NCBI RefSeq assembly: GCF_006345805.1
Contig: NC_043017.1
Span: forward strand, 32,612,001-32,676,000
DNA: 64,000 bases
Reading direction: 5' to 3'
DNA from: Octopus sinensis
Taxonomy: Eukaryota
This document shows, in pieces, positions 26,858 through 37,962 of the stretch. The first letter of the stretch is position 1. Each line of letters starts with the position of its first letter. The notes beneath the pieces are model-generated. The model searched no databases. It saw only the letters and a program-made list of their open reading frames with translations, and was not told the DNA's origin. The position numbers were made by a program, and so were the translations under genes.

Positions 26858-26870
<13 letters not shown>
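26717..26870. repeat. Near-perfect AT-rich palindrome, ~75-bp arms
   Basis: ...GACTTAATCAATACATAAAAAAAAATTTTTTTATGTATTGATTAAGTC...; one mismatch seen in the arms. Confidence 0.9.
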
Positions 26871-26900
<30 letters not shown>

Positions 26901-27163
26901 TAATCCAAACAAGAAAGCACAAAAAAACACAACAACGCGAGAACGTGGAACAAATATAGTATTATTGGACGCTCGGGAAAGAAAGAAAGAAGGAGGGTTT
27001 AACGTTTTGAGTGGAGCTCTTCGTCGGAAACATAGGAGAAGGAAAGATCCAGAGAAGGGAAAACAGAGGAAAAAAAATCGCCAACAGTACACATGAGGTC
27101 ACATTTTGAAAGACCGAAATCTATCTATCTATCTATTATAATCTTATATATATATATTATATA

Positions 27164-27515
27164 TCTATAATATAAATTGGACGTAGGTGAGCGTTGTATT
27201 CTTTCTTGTCTGGAGGTTCACAGCCAAACGGTTGAGTGGATTCACATGACAAATGGCACACATGTGGAGACGGGTGCATAGATTGGAATGCGGTTTGTAT
27301 TTTTTTTTCCTAGCCTCCATACTTACTGAAAAAATCGATCTGAAGCCGTTTTCTGACGGGGTGGGGGAGAAATTTTCATACAGCTGGAGGCCCCAATCGA
27401 AAGAGGGGACCCGAAATGATAAGGTTGAGAAACGTTGTTATAGATTATCCCTAACCGAAAATGATCACAGCCACCTCATCCAAACAGACCGGGTGAAACT
27501 AGGCTTAACTGCTAG
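27164..27515 (+). mobile_element. Second non-autonomous Helitron-like element
   Basis: Starts A|TCTATAATATAAA, ends with an imperfect GC hairpin then CTGCTAG|T. Confidence 0.5.
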
Positions 27516-27764
27516 TATATATATATATATATATATATATTAATCAATATAGGGTGGTAAAAAAATTTTGTAGAATTTTTTTGCCACCAGCGTCCTAGTG
27601 GGAAAAAATTAAATAGTCATAGACCATTTTTAAGTTCAACATCACAATCAAGGAACGGCCATAATAGGCCATTCACCCACTAGAAATAACAGCCAAAAGC
27701 TTCAACCGCAAAATAACATCAATTCCGTAAACCAGGAGAAAATTAAAAAAACATTTACCCTGTA

Positions 27765-27871
27765 ATTTCTTATACGATGCACCGTTTCATCTACTGTTTA
27801 ATGGTAAACTAACCTGATTAAATTAAATCAAGCCAATCTACCATAGGCCCTTAGATTCATCAGTAAGAAAT
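27765..27871 (-). ncRNA. Type-I hammerhead ribozyme (copy 1)
   Basis: Reverse complement identical to 28442-28548; predicted cleavage between 27773 and 27772. Confidence 0.87.
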
Positions 27872-28441
27872 AGCCAAGTCGGAACAGATATTTTTCACGA
27901 GGCATTCCCGTCCCTGCCTCGGCAATATCTGACCTAAAATTTTCAAATCATCGCACTCGCGCCAAATTTATCGGCAGCAAATAAATATAAGCCGCCGATT
28001 CCATTACGGAATTAACCAGAAAATTCATAATTAATCAATATAGGGTGGCAAAAAAATTACAGGGTAAATGTTTTTTTAATTTTCTCCTGGTTTACAGAAT
28101 TGATGTTATTTTGCGGTTGAAGCTTTTGGCTGTTATTTCTAGTGGGTGAATGGCCTATTATGGCCGTTCCTTGATTGTGATGTTGAACTTAAAAATGGTC
28201 TATGACTATTTAATTTTTTCCCACTAGGCCGCTGGTGGCAAAAAAATTCTACAAAATTTTTTTGCCACCCTATATTGATTAATTATGAATTTTCTGGTTA
28301 ATTCTGTAATGGAATCGGTGGCTTATATTTATTTGCTGCCGATAAATTTGGCGCGAGTGCGATGATTTGAAAATTTTAGGTCAGATATTGCCGAGGCAGG
28401 GACGGGAATGCCTTGTGAAAAATATCTGTTCCGACTTGGCT

Positions 28442-28548
28442 ATTTCTTACTGATGAATCTAAGGGCCTATGGTAGATTGGCTTGATTTAATTTAATCAGG
28501 TTAGTTTACCATTAAACAGTAGATGAAACGGTGCATCGTATAAGAAAT
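28442..28548 (+). ncRNA. Type-I hammerhead ribozyme (copy 2)
   Basis: Stem I ATTTCTTA(28442-49)/TAAGAAAT(28541-48); core CTGATGA(28450-56); stem II ATCTA/TAGAT(28457-61/28520-24); GAAA(28525-28); stem III ACGG-TGCA-TCGT; GUA cleavage triplet ending at A28540. Confidence 0.88.
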
Positions 28549-29299
28549 TACAGGGTAATGTTTTTTTAATTTTCTCCTGGTTTACGGAATTGATGTTATT
28601 TTGCGGTTGAAGCTTTTGGCTGTTATTTCTAGTGGGTGAATGGCCTATTATGGCCGTTCCTTGATTGTGATGTTGATATATATATATATATATATATGGG
28701 CAATGGCTGATTCCGTAAAGACATATATATATACATATATCTACCTACCTATGTGTCTATCTGTCTGTCTATCTATCCATTTAACTGCCTCTTTCTCTCT
28801 CCCGAGTCCTCTTGCTATGTAAGAACAAACACCACACACACACACACACACACACAATGGGCTTCTGGAAAGTTTGCATCAACCAAATTCCACTCATGAG
28901 GCCAAAGATGCTAGAATAATGATGATGATGATGATGATGGTGATGAGGAAGACAAGAAGAAAATGTAAAATTAATTTTCTCCAATAGGAGAAAGAAAGGT
29001 GACGATGAGGGAAGAAGTAAAGTGAGGGTGGGGGCAGGGTGAATAAGAGAAGGGGGGGCGGGAAACATTGATAACAATGACAGCAACAACTGACTATGAC
29101 CATCATAATGATGATGATGATGATGATGATGATGGTGATGATGGTGGTGTCGAAGACGGAGCTGGTTAAATAAATGGATGGCCAAGAATGATGCCACTGA
29201 CATCTTGAAATGGCAACTGTTATCGAATTGAGAGCCAAAAATGGTAAATTCCTATTAGTATTCAAGAGGGAAAATCAACTTCACACGCATAATCGCACA

Positions 29300-29300
29300 G

Positions 29301-29338
<38 letters not shown>

Positions 29339-29448
29339 GTTTGTATGTATATGCATATACATGTAGGTGTGTGTATAGATAGATAGATAAATAGATAGAT
29401 GTATAAATAAATAGATAGATAGATAGGTAGACAGATAGACAGACAGAC

Positions 29449-29479
<31 letters not shown>

Positions 29480-29492
29480 CAGATAGATAGAC

Positions 29493-29538
<46 letters not shown>

Positions 29539-29570
29539 AAAGATAGATAGATAGATAGATGTATAAATAA

Positions 29571-29607
<37 letters not shown>

Positions 29608-29720
29608 AGATAGATAGATAAATAGATAGATAGATAGATGGATAGATGGATAGATGGATAGATATATAGATAGATAGATAGACAAATAGATATGTATGTA
29701 TTTATGTATATGTGTGTGCA
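29300..29720. repeat. (CA)n and (GATA)n microsatellites
   Basis: Direct reading. Confidence 0.95.
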
Positions 29721-30948
29721 AACTCACACAAATTCACAGAATAGAATATCAATTAGAATGATGATCAATGTAAAGATGTCAGTAGTAATGATGACAATGC
29801 TGATGATGATGGTGGTGGTGGTGGTGGCAGCACTCGTTATGAGATAATGCTGGTCACATTTGCAATATATTACTAATTATACTTATTCTATAGTTATGTG
29901 TTGCCTCACACATTTAAATCATTTGTATAATTAATCAAATATATTTTAATGTCTCATTTTCCTTCAGATGAAAATTAAGGTTTTATTTTCATAATGACCA
30001 TTCACTTCACACACACACACACACATACAAATGCATCCGCACAAACAAACACATTGTTTGTACGAAGAGGGTGGTTACATATTTGCAACCATCACTTGAT
30101 ATCAAGTCAAAAAAAAACACAAAAATATTCACCAACACATTTCCACACTTACACATTTCTGCATATATACAAAAATATATATACATATATATAACAGGCT
30201 TCTTTCAGTTTCCGTCCATCAAATCCACTCTCAAAGATTTGGTTTGCTTGAAGCTATGGCAGAATACACTCAGCCAAGGTGACACAGCATAGGTTTTAAC
30301 CCAAATTATCAGTCTCACTGCATATATTCTTTTACTTGTTTCAACCATTTGATTGCAGCCATGCTGGAGCACTGCCTTGAACTTTTTGTCAAATGGATCA
30401 ACCCCAGAACTTATTTTTCAAGCCTGGTACTTATTCTATTGGTTGACTTTTGCCAAAACCTCTAAGCTATGGGGACATATATGCACCTATACCAGTTGTC
30501 ATGTGGTGGTGATGTTGGTGGGACAAAAATAGACACATAGACACACACACACACCACATATATATATATATATTGTTGTTGGCATCCTTTTTGTCTCGGG
30601 AGACAATGGATATGCGCATAAAATAGTCTAGTCCAGCTTTTACATTTCATGTCCTAATACATCTCCTGCTGTGGCTGTGTAGTCCTATCCTGGACAAACA
30701 CTCCCTCTGGCAGGTACCGCAAATGTAGCGAAGACTTTGCCTGGCTGGTTGTAATGTCATAGTTTCTTGTTGACGTCTTTTCTTGTCTTTCCTTTAAATG
30801 TATTCATTTTTTATTTTATAGAGGGCATTATTACACATAAATGCCACATTCTAGGAGGGACTCTTAAAGTCAAAACTACTAAAATAAACATATCGAAACC
30901 GAAAGCAAGTCTAGAAGTAAGTCATTTAAAAACAACGTGTGGCATTTA

Positions 30949-30997
<49 letters not shown>

Positions 30998-31261
30998 TAT
31001 ATATATAGTTAATTTTTAAAAAATAGGGAATAAAAGATAACAGGAAAAACATGCAAAGTATTAATAAAATGCTCAGAAAAGGAAAGGAAAGAGTGGTTGT
31101 TTTATATTTCGAGCAAAGCTCTTCTTTGGAAACAGGAGACATAGGAAAGTCCAAAAGAAAGAAAAAAAAACATGAAACAAAAATCACCAATAGTCCGCGC
31201 GTATTTACATCTTTGGTGATATGTTGTTTTGTGGGGTCTGTCAATGTTTGTGGTCTTCCAG

Positions 31262-31307
31262 AATGCTTCTCATGGACATTCTAAACAGTTCTATTGGCTT
31301 CAAACTG
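31262..31307 (+). CDS. Candidate internal exon (46 nt, phase 2 to 0: MLLMDILNSSIGFKL)
   Basis: Acceptor TGTGGTCTTCCAG|, donor CTG|GTAAGT; phase-compatible with 24780-24834. Confidence 0.33.
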
Positions 31308-31545
31308 GTAAGTAGCATTGAGAGATCTGTTTGAAACTCCCTCTTAAATTGTCTTTGCACTTCAACTGCATTTTTACACTTCCAGGAGCATCTTAGAATG
31401 AATTTCCTTTGTTCAAAGCTTCATTAATTCCAGTGGGTTTCATGTGGAAAGAAAAAGTCTCAGTAGAGTTATCAGCTGCTAAAGTGTGCATACTGTTTTT
31501 GGGACACCCTGTACACACACATATATATACATATATATATATATA

Positions 31546-31730
31546 AATACTTTATTTAAAGAAGCAGAAAATTCAACAAAACCTGTTACTTTGAGTTTCC
31601 CGTTGCCATTCATCGGACAGTTTTTGCTAGGTTTTGTTGAATTTTCTGCTGCTTTAAATAAAGCATATTACTCTACCACTGGTATTTTAGTACTCTTTTT
31701 TCCACCTTGTTTCACATTTATGTGTTTACT
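31546..31730. mobile_element. Penelope-type repeat family P2 with inverted terminal segment
   Basis: ~38-bp arms (31546-31583 / 31629-31666) enclose an inverted hammerhead-like motif; the body matches 37315-37450. Confidence 0.6.
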
Positions 31731-32064
31731 CCGGTATATATATATACGCAACGGATTTCTTTCAGTTTCTGTCTACCAAATCCACTCACAAATCTTTGGT
31801 TGGTCCTAGGCTATAGCAGAAGACACTTGCCCAAGATGCCATGCAGTGGAACTAAACACAGGACCATGTGGTTGGTAAGCAAGCTACTTATCACACAGCC
31901 ACTCCTGCACTTATAGCCACTCCAGAAGGCATATTTATAAAATATGCGGTGTATCTTAAAGCAATCTTTTAGGGTCTGTTAATGTGTTTTGTATATATGC
32001 GTGTGTTTGTGTGTGTATGTGTGTGTATATATATAAATATATATATAAATATATATATATAAAT

Positions 32065-32110
<46 letters not shown>

Positions 32111-34109
32111 GATGGACTTCTTTCAGTTTTCATCTACCAAATCCACTCACAAGGCTTTTGTTGAAGACACTTGCCCAAGGTGCCACATGGTGGGACTGAA
32201 CCCTGGACCATGTAGCTGAGAAGCAAGCTTCTTACCACACTGCCACACTTATGCCTGCGTATATTATGTATGTATGTATGTATGTATGTATGTATGTATT
32301 ATGTATATATGCAAGTATGTATGTATTATGTATATATGTATGTATGTATGCATGTATGCATGTTATGTCAGGTCACTATCGAGTGCTACTGGTAACATGT
32401 AACCCAGTACAACCTGTTGAATGGTCGGGTCGTCGGCGACTAAACCGGCAACCCCACCAAGCTTGCTTGGTGAGGAGGGTGTTTATTGGATACCCTGCGG
32501 GATGAAAAACAAAACCTGTCAAAGGGCGGAGGAACCCTTGAGAGTCAACGGCCATCCAATAAATGTCTTACGGCTGTATCATGCGCGGGGACATAGAAAT
32601 AATCGGACTGAATACCCGATCACGTGGTTAAACCATTGGGAGTGAAGGACTCCCAGCCTTTGTTAGGGCATCCTTCCAGGAGAAGTTAACTGGGATAACT
32701 CCAACATAAAACCTGAGGCTCAGTGGTTACTGATGATGTTGACTTGTTCTTCTTTTCGGATTATGGCTGCTGTTGCTTAGTGAGTGGGATTGACTCAGTG
32801 CACAGCCTTTCCTCACTTTAAAAAATAATTTTCTTGCACAGGCATTGCACGATAACAATATTGATTAAGCTTCGTGCAACGGCCATACTCGTTAACGAGG
32901 GGGCAGCCACCATGTATGTATGTATGTGTGTGCATTGCTGTTTCCTTGCCTTAATATTGCATGATTTTGTAAAAGAATGCCACTGCCATGCAAGTAGTGC
33001 CCTTTATTTCTGGAATTCTGCAAAAAGGTGTCTAGTCATGAGGAAATATTGCCTTATTTGGAAACAGGTGAGGGTTGGCAACAGTTGAGGACATCTGACC
33101 ATAAAAAAACATCCACATCAACAAATTCCCTTCGACCCATGCCGGCATAGAAAAGCAGATGTTAAAGCAATGATGATGATGATGGTGATGCTAGTATATG
33201 GAATACAACAAATTTACCAAAAACATAGTTGCTGCTGAAAGCACCAAATTAACCAAAGAAGAAATTGATTGTAAACACCGTAAACAACGTAAACAACAAA
33301 TACACCGAAAGACACGGTGTGGAAAAATATTGGTAAAAATACATATTTATAGAGAAACTGAAAAACATAGAAATTTAATGTTCTGACTACTTTTTTTAAT
33401 GATAAGAACAAATTATTTTTTAAATGAAATATATTTTTAATTTATTTTCAGGTTATCAGGGTTTTTTTGAAAGAAAATAAATGTCAACAGAAATACAGTG
33501 AAACTTAATCTCAACTAATATTTTTTTTTAGCATTTTCGTTTAATTTTAAATAACAACAAATTATTTTTTCAAATGAATTTATATTTGTAATTATTATTT
33601 TTTTTTGTGTGTTCTTTATGAATACTCTTCGACAGAGTAAACATTTACTAACTTCTTAAGTGATAATAATAATAATAATAAATATCTCAAATTTTGGCAC
33701 AAAGCCAGTCATTTAAGGAAAGCAGTTAAATCAATTATATTGACCCCAATATTCCCTCGAATAAGGTCCTGCTGCTATAAAAAAAGGGCAGTACACATCA
33801 GATAATGCAGTCATGTATTGATTTCAAATTTTGGCACAAGGCCAGCAATTTCAGAGGAGGGGATAAGTTGATTACATTGACACCAGTGCTCAACTGGTAC
33901 TTATTTTATTGACCCCTAAAGGATAAAAGGCTAAGTCAACCCCGGGAGCATTTGAACTCAAAACATGAAGATGGACAAAATATTGCTAAGCATTTTGCAT
34001 GGCATACCAAGGATTCTTCCAGTTTGCCACCTTGGTGATAATAATAATAGTAGTAATAATAATAATGATAATAATAATAATGAGGAGGAGGAGGAGGAGG
34101 AGGAAGATA

Positions 34110-34365
34110 AGAGCCTAAAAACAGAAACAATTCACAATTAGGTATGATAAAAAAAATATTCAGACAAATACATAACCAAAACACCAGGACTTATAAGTGT
34201 ATGTAACATACAGAAAATTGTACTACTAGGCACCGCACACATCCTACGCAAAAACACTTTCAATACAGTGAAAATAAGAACATCACAACAAATCACAGCA
34301 CATACCCAAGGCACACAGAGCTGCACTTGGTAGTGCAGTGAAAGCATGTGATAAAAATAGGACTG

Positions 34366-34370
<5 letters not shown>
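34110..34370 (+). mobile_element. R4/Dong-like LINE 3' end with (TAA)n tail
   Basis: Translation SDKYITKTPGLISVCNIQKIVLLGTAHILRK, short 3'UTR, then (TAA)n. Confidence 0.75.
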
Positions 34371-34419
<49 letters not shown>

Positions 34420-34420
<1 letters not shown>

Positions 34421-34970
34421 CCCTGATGCAGTACCAGGCAGTGGCTCTCATGGCTTCTGATCTTAACTGATTGGAAGTGTTATCATGTACATTGTTTTGT
34501 CTTGGTATAAAAGATGGGCTACAGCAAATATTCTGCTCAATACCACAGATTTGCTTGTCAGTTGTTTGACCTTACCAGTTGAGCATGTCCCTTAGTGGCT
34601 GACGATGTGCATCTCTGATCACGAGCAGAAGTAGTGGGGGAGCATCATGGCCATGTGTTGAGAGGGATTCTTTGGAGTTTGAATGGTTCACCTCTGGAAA
34701 CATAGGTGTTTCGTTCAACATCCTAAAGCAACCCTTATTCAGGGACCGTTTGAGCAGGATGGGCTACTCAACCTGAAGAAAATTCTAACTGGGCCCCCCC
34801 CTGCAAGGTCATGTGCTGTTTATCTTGATATGAGATTACCATGTCGCGCACATATGGTTGTGATGCATGTGCCTGGTGTACCTTTATCAGACGGGTAGTC
34901 ATGATGGTATATTGGGCTTCGTATATTTTACCCCAGTGTCACTTTGATGGCATGAACTGCTCTCTCACTC
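34420..34970 (+). mobile_element. Family D non-coding element embedded in (TAA)n, longest copy
   Basis: (TAA)n on both sides; the 3' 200 bp match 13963-14160 and 50202-50420. Confidence 0.75.
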
Positions 34971-35006
<36 letters not shown>

Positions 35007-35008
<2 letters not shown>

Positions 35009-35311
35009 TAGCGAAAGGGACTGATTGCTACCTAACTCAGATACCAGGAAACCCCAAAATGGCAGAAATTCAAAAGATAGTGCTCATGGGAACTGCTCAT
35101 ATCCTACGCAAAATACTCTCTATGTAATCCCAAGGTTTAAAACAAACTTTGTTTTTTTTATGTATTAGACACTCACTAGTACAACACCAAAAATAAACAA
35201 ATATATGTCACACTAGGCATAACAACAACGTGAACTCCAACCTGTCTCTTGAGGTCTCTGGGTGAGACTTGGAGCCAACTTGTACAGACATAAAGCAAAA
35301 GTCAAACATAG

Positions 35312-35312
<1 letters not shown>
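35007..35312 (+). mobile_element. Second R4/Dong-like LINE 3' end
   Basis: Translation IAKGTDCYLTQIPGNPKMAEIQKIVLMGTAHILRKILSM*, 3'UTR, then (TAA)n. Confidence 0.75.
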
Positions 35313-35377
<65 letters not shown>

Positions 35378-37321
35378 TCAAAGTTTGGCACAAGGCCAGC
35401 AATGCTAGGGGGAGGTGTAAATCGATTACATCATCCCTAATATTTGACTGGTACCTTATTTTATCAACCCCAAAGTGTGAAAGTCAAGTTGACAATGGCA
35501 ATATTTGAACTCAAAACATAAAGACCTCAAAGCAGTGTTGCTAAGCATCTTCTTCCTTTGCACCAATGATTTGGCCAGCTTGCTGCCTTAATAATATTTT
35601 CTAGTTTGGGCACAAAACCCAGATATTTTGAAGGGAGAGGGTTAGCCAATGCCATTGATCCTAGTACTTAACAAGTATTTTATTTTATCTAGGCTGAAAT
35701 GGTGAAAGGCAACATTGGTTTCAAATTTTGGCCCAAGGCCAGCAAATTTAGGGGAGGGTGTAAGTAGATTACAACAACCCGAGTGTTCAATTTGTACTTA
35801 TTTTATTGACCCCAAAAGGATGAAAGGTAAAGTCAGCCTCAGAGGAATTTGAAATCAAGATTGTGGAAACTGAAGAAATGACACAAAGTGTTCTATTCTG
35901 CAATACAAATGATTTGTCCAGTTTATAGTAATCAAACTAATGAGAGTAATGAACTCTAATGAACATAGGTAAATGACCTTTATGAGTGAAGTGTAGTTGA
36001 TTAGATTTTCCCAATAATTAGACTAATTTTATTGACTTGTGAAGGATGACAAGCAAAGTGGTTGTGTAGTAAGAAGCTTGTTGCCCAACCACATAGTTTC
36101 AGGTTCAGTCCCATTGTGTGACACCTTGGGCAAGTGTCTTCTACTAATGCCTTAGGGCATACAAAATCTTCTGAATGGATTTGGCAAATGGAAACTGATA
36201 GAAACCCATCGTATATAAATATGTGTGTTTATGTGCGTGTGTGTGTGTGTGTGTGTGTCTTTTTGTGTCTGTTTGTCCCCTACCACTGCTTGACAATTGG
36301 TGTTGGTGTGTTTATGCCCCCCTGTAACTTAGTGGTTTGGCAAAAGAGATCGATAAGCAAGCAGGCTTAAAAAAGGAAGTACAGGGGTTGCTTCATTCAA
36401 CTAAAAGTTCTCTAACATAGTGCCCCAGCATGGTCACTGTCTAATGATTGAAAGAAATATAAAAGATGGTAGAATTTGATCATAGAAGCTAAAGATATAT
36501 AACTCAATGCTGCAGACTTTTCAATTCACAATGCTAGAAATTCCTGTCCTCGCCACCTATCAGCCAGCTAATAACCACTTCTAACATAAGTACTCAACCA
36601 GAACAATCAATAGAAACCAGCGCTCTGCTGGTAGTTAAACAGTCAACCTCACTAAATCATTCTAATGTTGGTCACACAGTAATTTAGTAACTCGAATGTT
36701 TATAGTTTATAGTTATTGCATATAATTTCTTCAACCTGAAATCAAATTTTATAGATTATGTGTAATCTATTAATTCTGGTTTATATATTAACGATTTCAA
36801 AATTTCAGAAAATTAAAACTTTATGACAGGTGATTAAATATCAATAAGTCATTTCATTAACTTTCAATACATGTTATTTTTTTTTTACCTATTTCTTTGA
36901 AAAATATAAAAGTATTAATGACTGTTCTACCTTTCTCTTTGACTAATATGCTTTCAATCAATTTCTTTTTTTTTTTTTTTGACAGATATGTCTTTCCATG
37001 AATATATCTTTTGACCAATGCGCTTTTGATAAATCGTGAAGTATATTTGCTACTTAAATGTGGCTAACCCTTAAGGGTGGATGCTACTATAGCTTGTAGC
37101 CCCAGGTGGACACCACCGCCAGCTGGCTATTGACACACTTTCTATGCCCCGAGATTTATTATTACTTTTGATAAAATTTTCTACAAATATTCTTAAAGTT
37201 ATTGCTAGATGTATGTATGAATGTGGAGAATGGCTGTATGGTAAGAAGCTTGCTTCCAACCACCTGGTTCTGGATTCAGTCCCACTGTGTGGCACCTTGG
37301 GCAAGTGTCTTAAAAACAAAA

Positions 37322-37359
37322 CTGTCCGACGAACAGGAACATGAAACTCCGAGTAACAG
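37322..37359 (+). ncRNA. Minimal type-I hammerhead-like motif (family P2), probably decayed
   Basis: CTGT-CCGACGA-ACAGGAACAT-GAAA-CT-CCG-AGT-A-ACAG: stem I CTGT/ACAG, stem III ACT/AGT, GUA triplet; core has C at position 4. Confidence 0.55.
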
Positions 37360-37452
37360 CTTTTGTTATATTTCTGCTGCTTTTAAATAAAGCTTATTAC
37401 TCTACCTCTGATATTTGAGTACTCTTTTTTCCACCTTGTTTCACATTTATGT

Positions 37453-37497
<45 letters not shown>

Positions 37498-37962
37498 TAT
37501 ACAGACAGATACATATGTGTGTGTTTATATGTATGTATGTATATATGTATGCATACATGTATGTACACACGCATACACACACACACACACACAGCATATA
37601 TATATATCAGATAAAAAAGGGATTAAAATGTCTCAGTTGGATGTTCAGTGTTATTAGTTTTGAGACTGAAGAAATGCACTTGGTTTACACTAAAAATAAT
37701 ATGGTATAAAATTATAAGATGGTCAGCTGGTAAAATCGTTAGTATGTCAGAGAAATATGTCATGGCTTTTTGCCCATCTTCAGGTTCTGAGTTCAAATTC
37801 CACAAAAGGCAAATTTGCTTTTTACGTTTTTGGGGTAAAAAAAAACACACACAACAGTTGAGCACTGGTATCAATGTAATTAACTAGTCCCCTAGCGCCT
37901 CCCACCTTAAAAATTTTGGCCCTTGTGTGTATAGTAGAAAGAAGTATATTACTATATTATGA

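Larger units (their letters stand above)
27540..28676. mobile_element. Retrozyme-like element: 491-bp tandem unit in head-to-head inverted arrangement, flanked by (TA)n
   Basis: Period 491 in both halves (27541/28032; 28055/28546). Minus-sense half 27540-28058, plus-sense half 28055-28676, about six substitutions between halves; one hammerhead per unit. Confidence 0.88.

Noticed and set aside
27540-28676. Helitron interpretation of the 491-bp unit (hairpin followed by CTAG at ~27555-27598)
   Set aside because: The CTAG is internal to the unit and matches no element end. The hammerhead and the cleavage-site junction explain the structure better.
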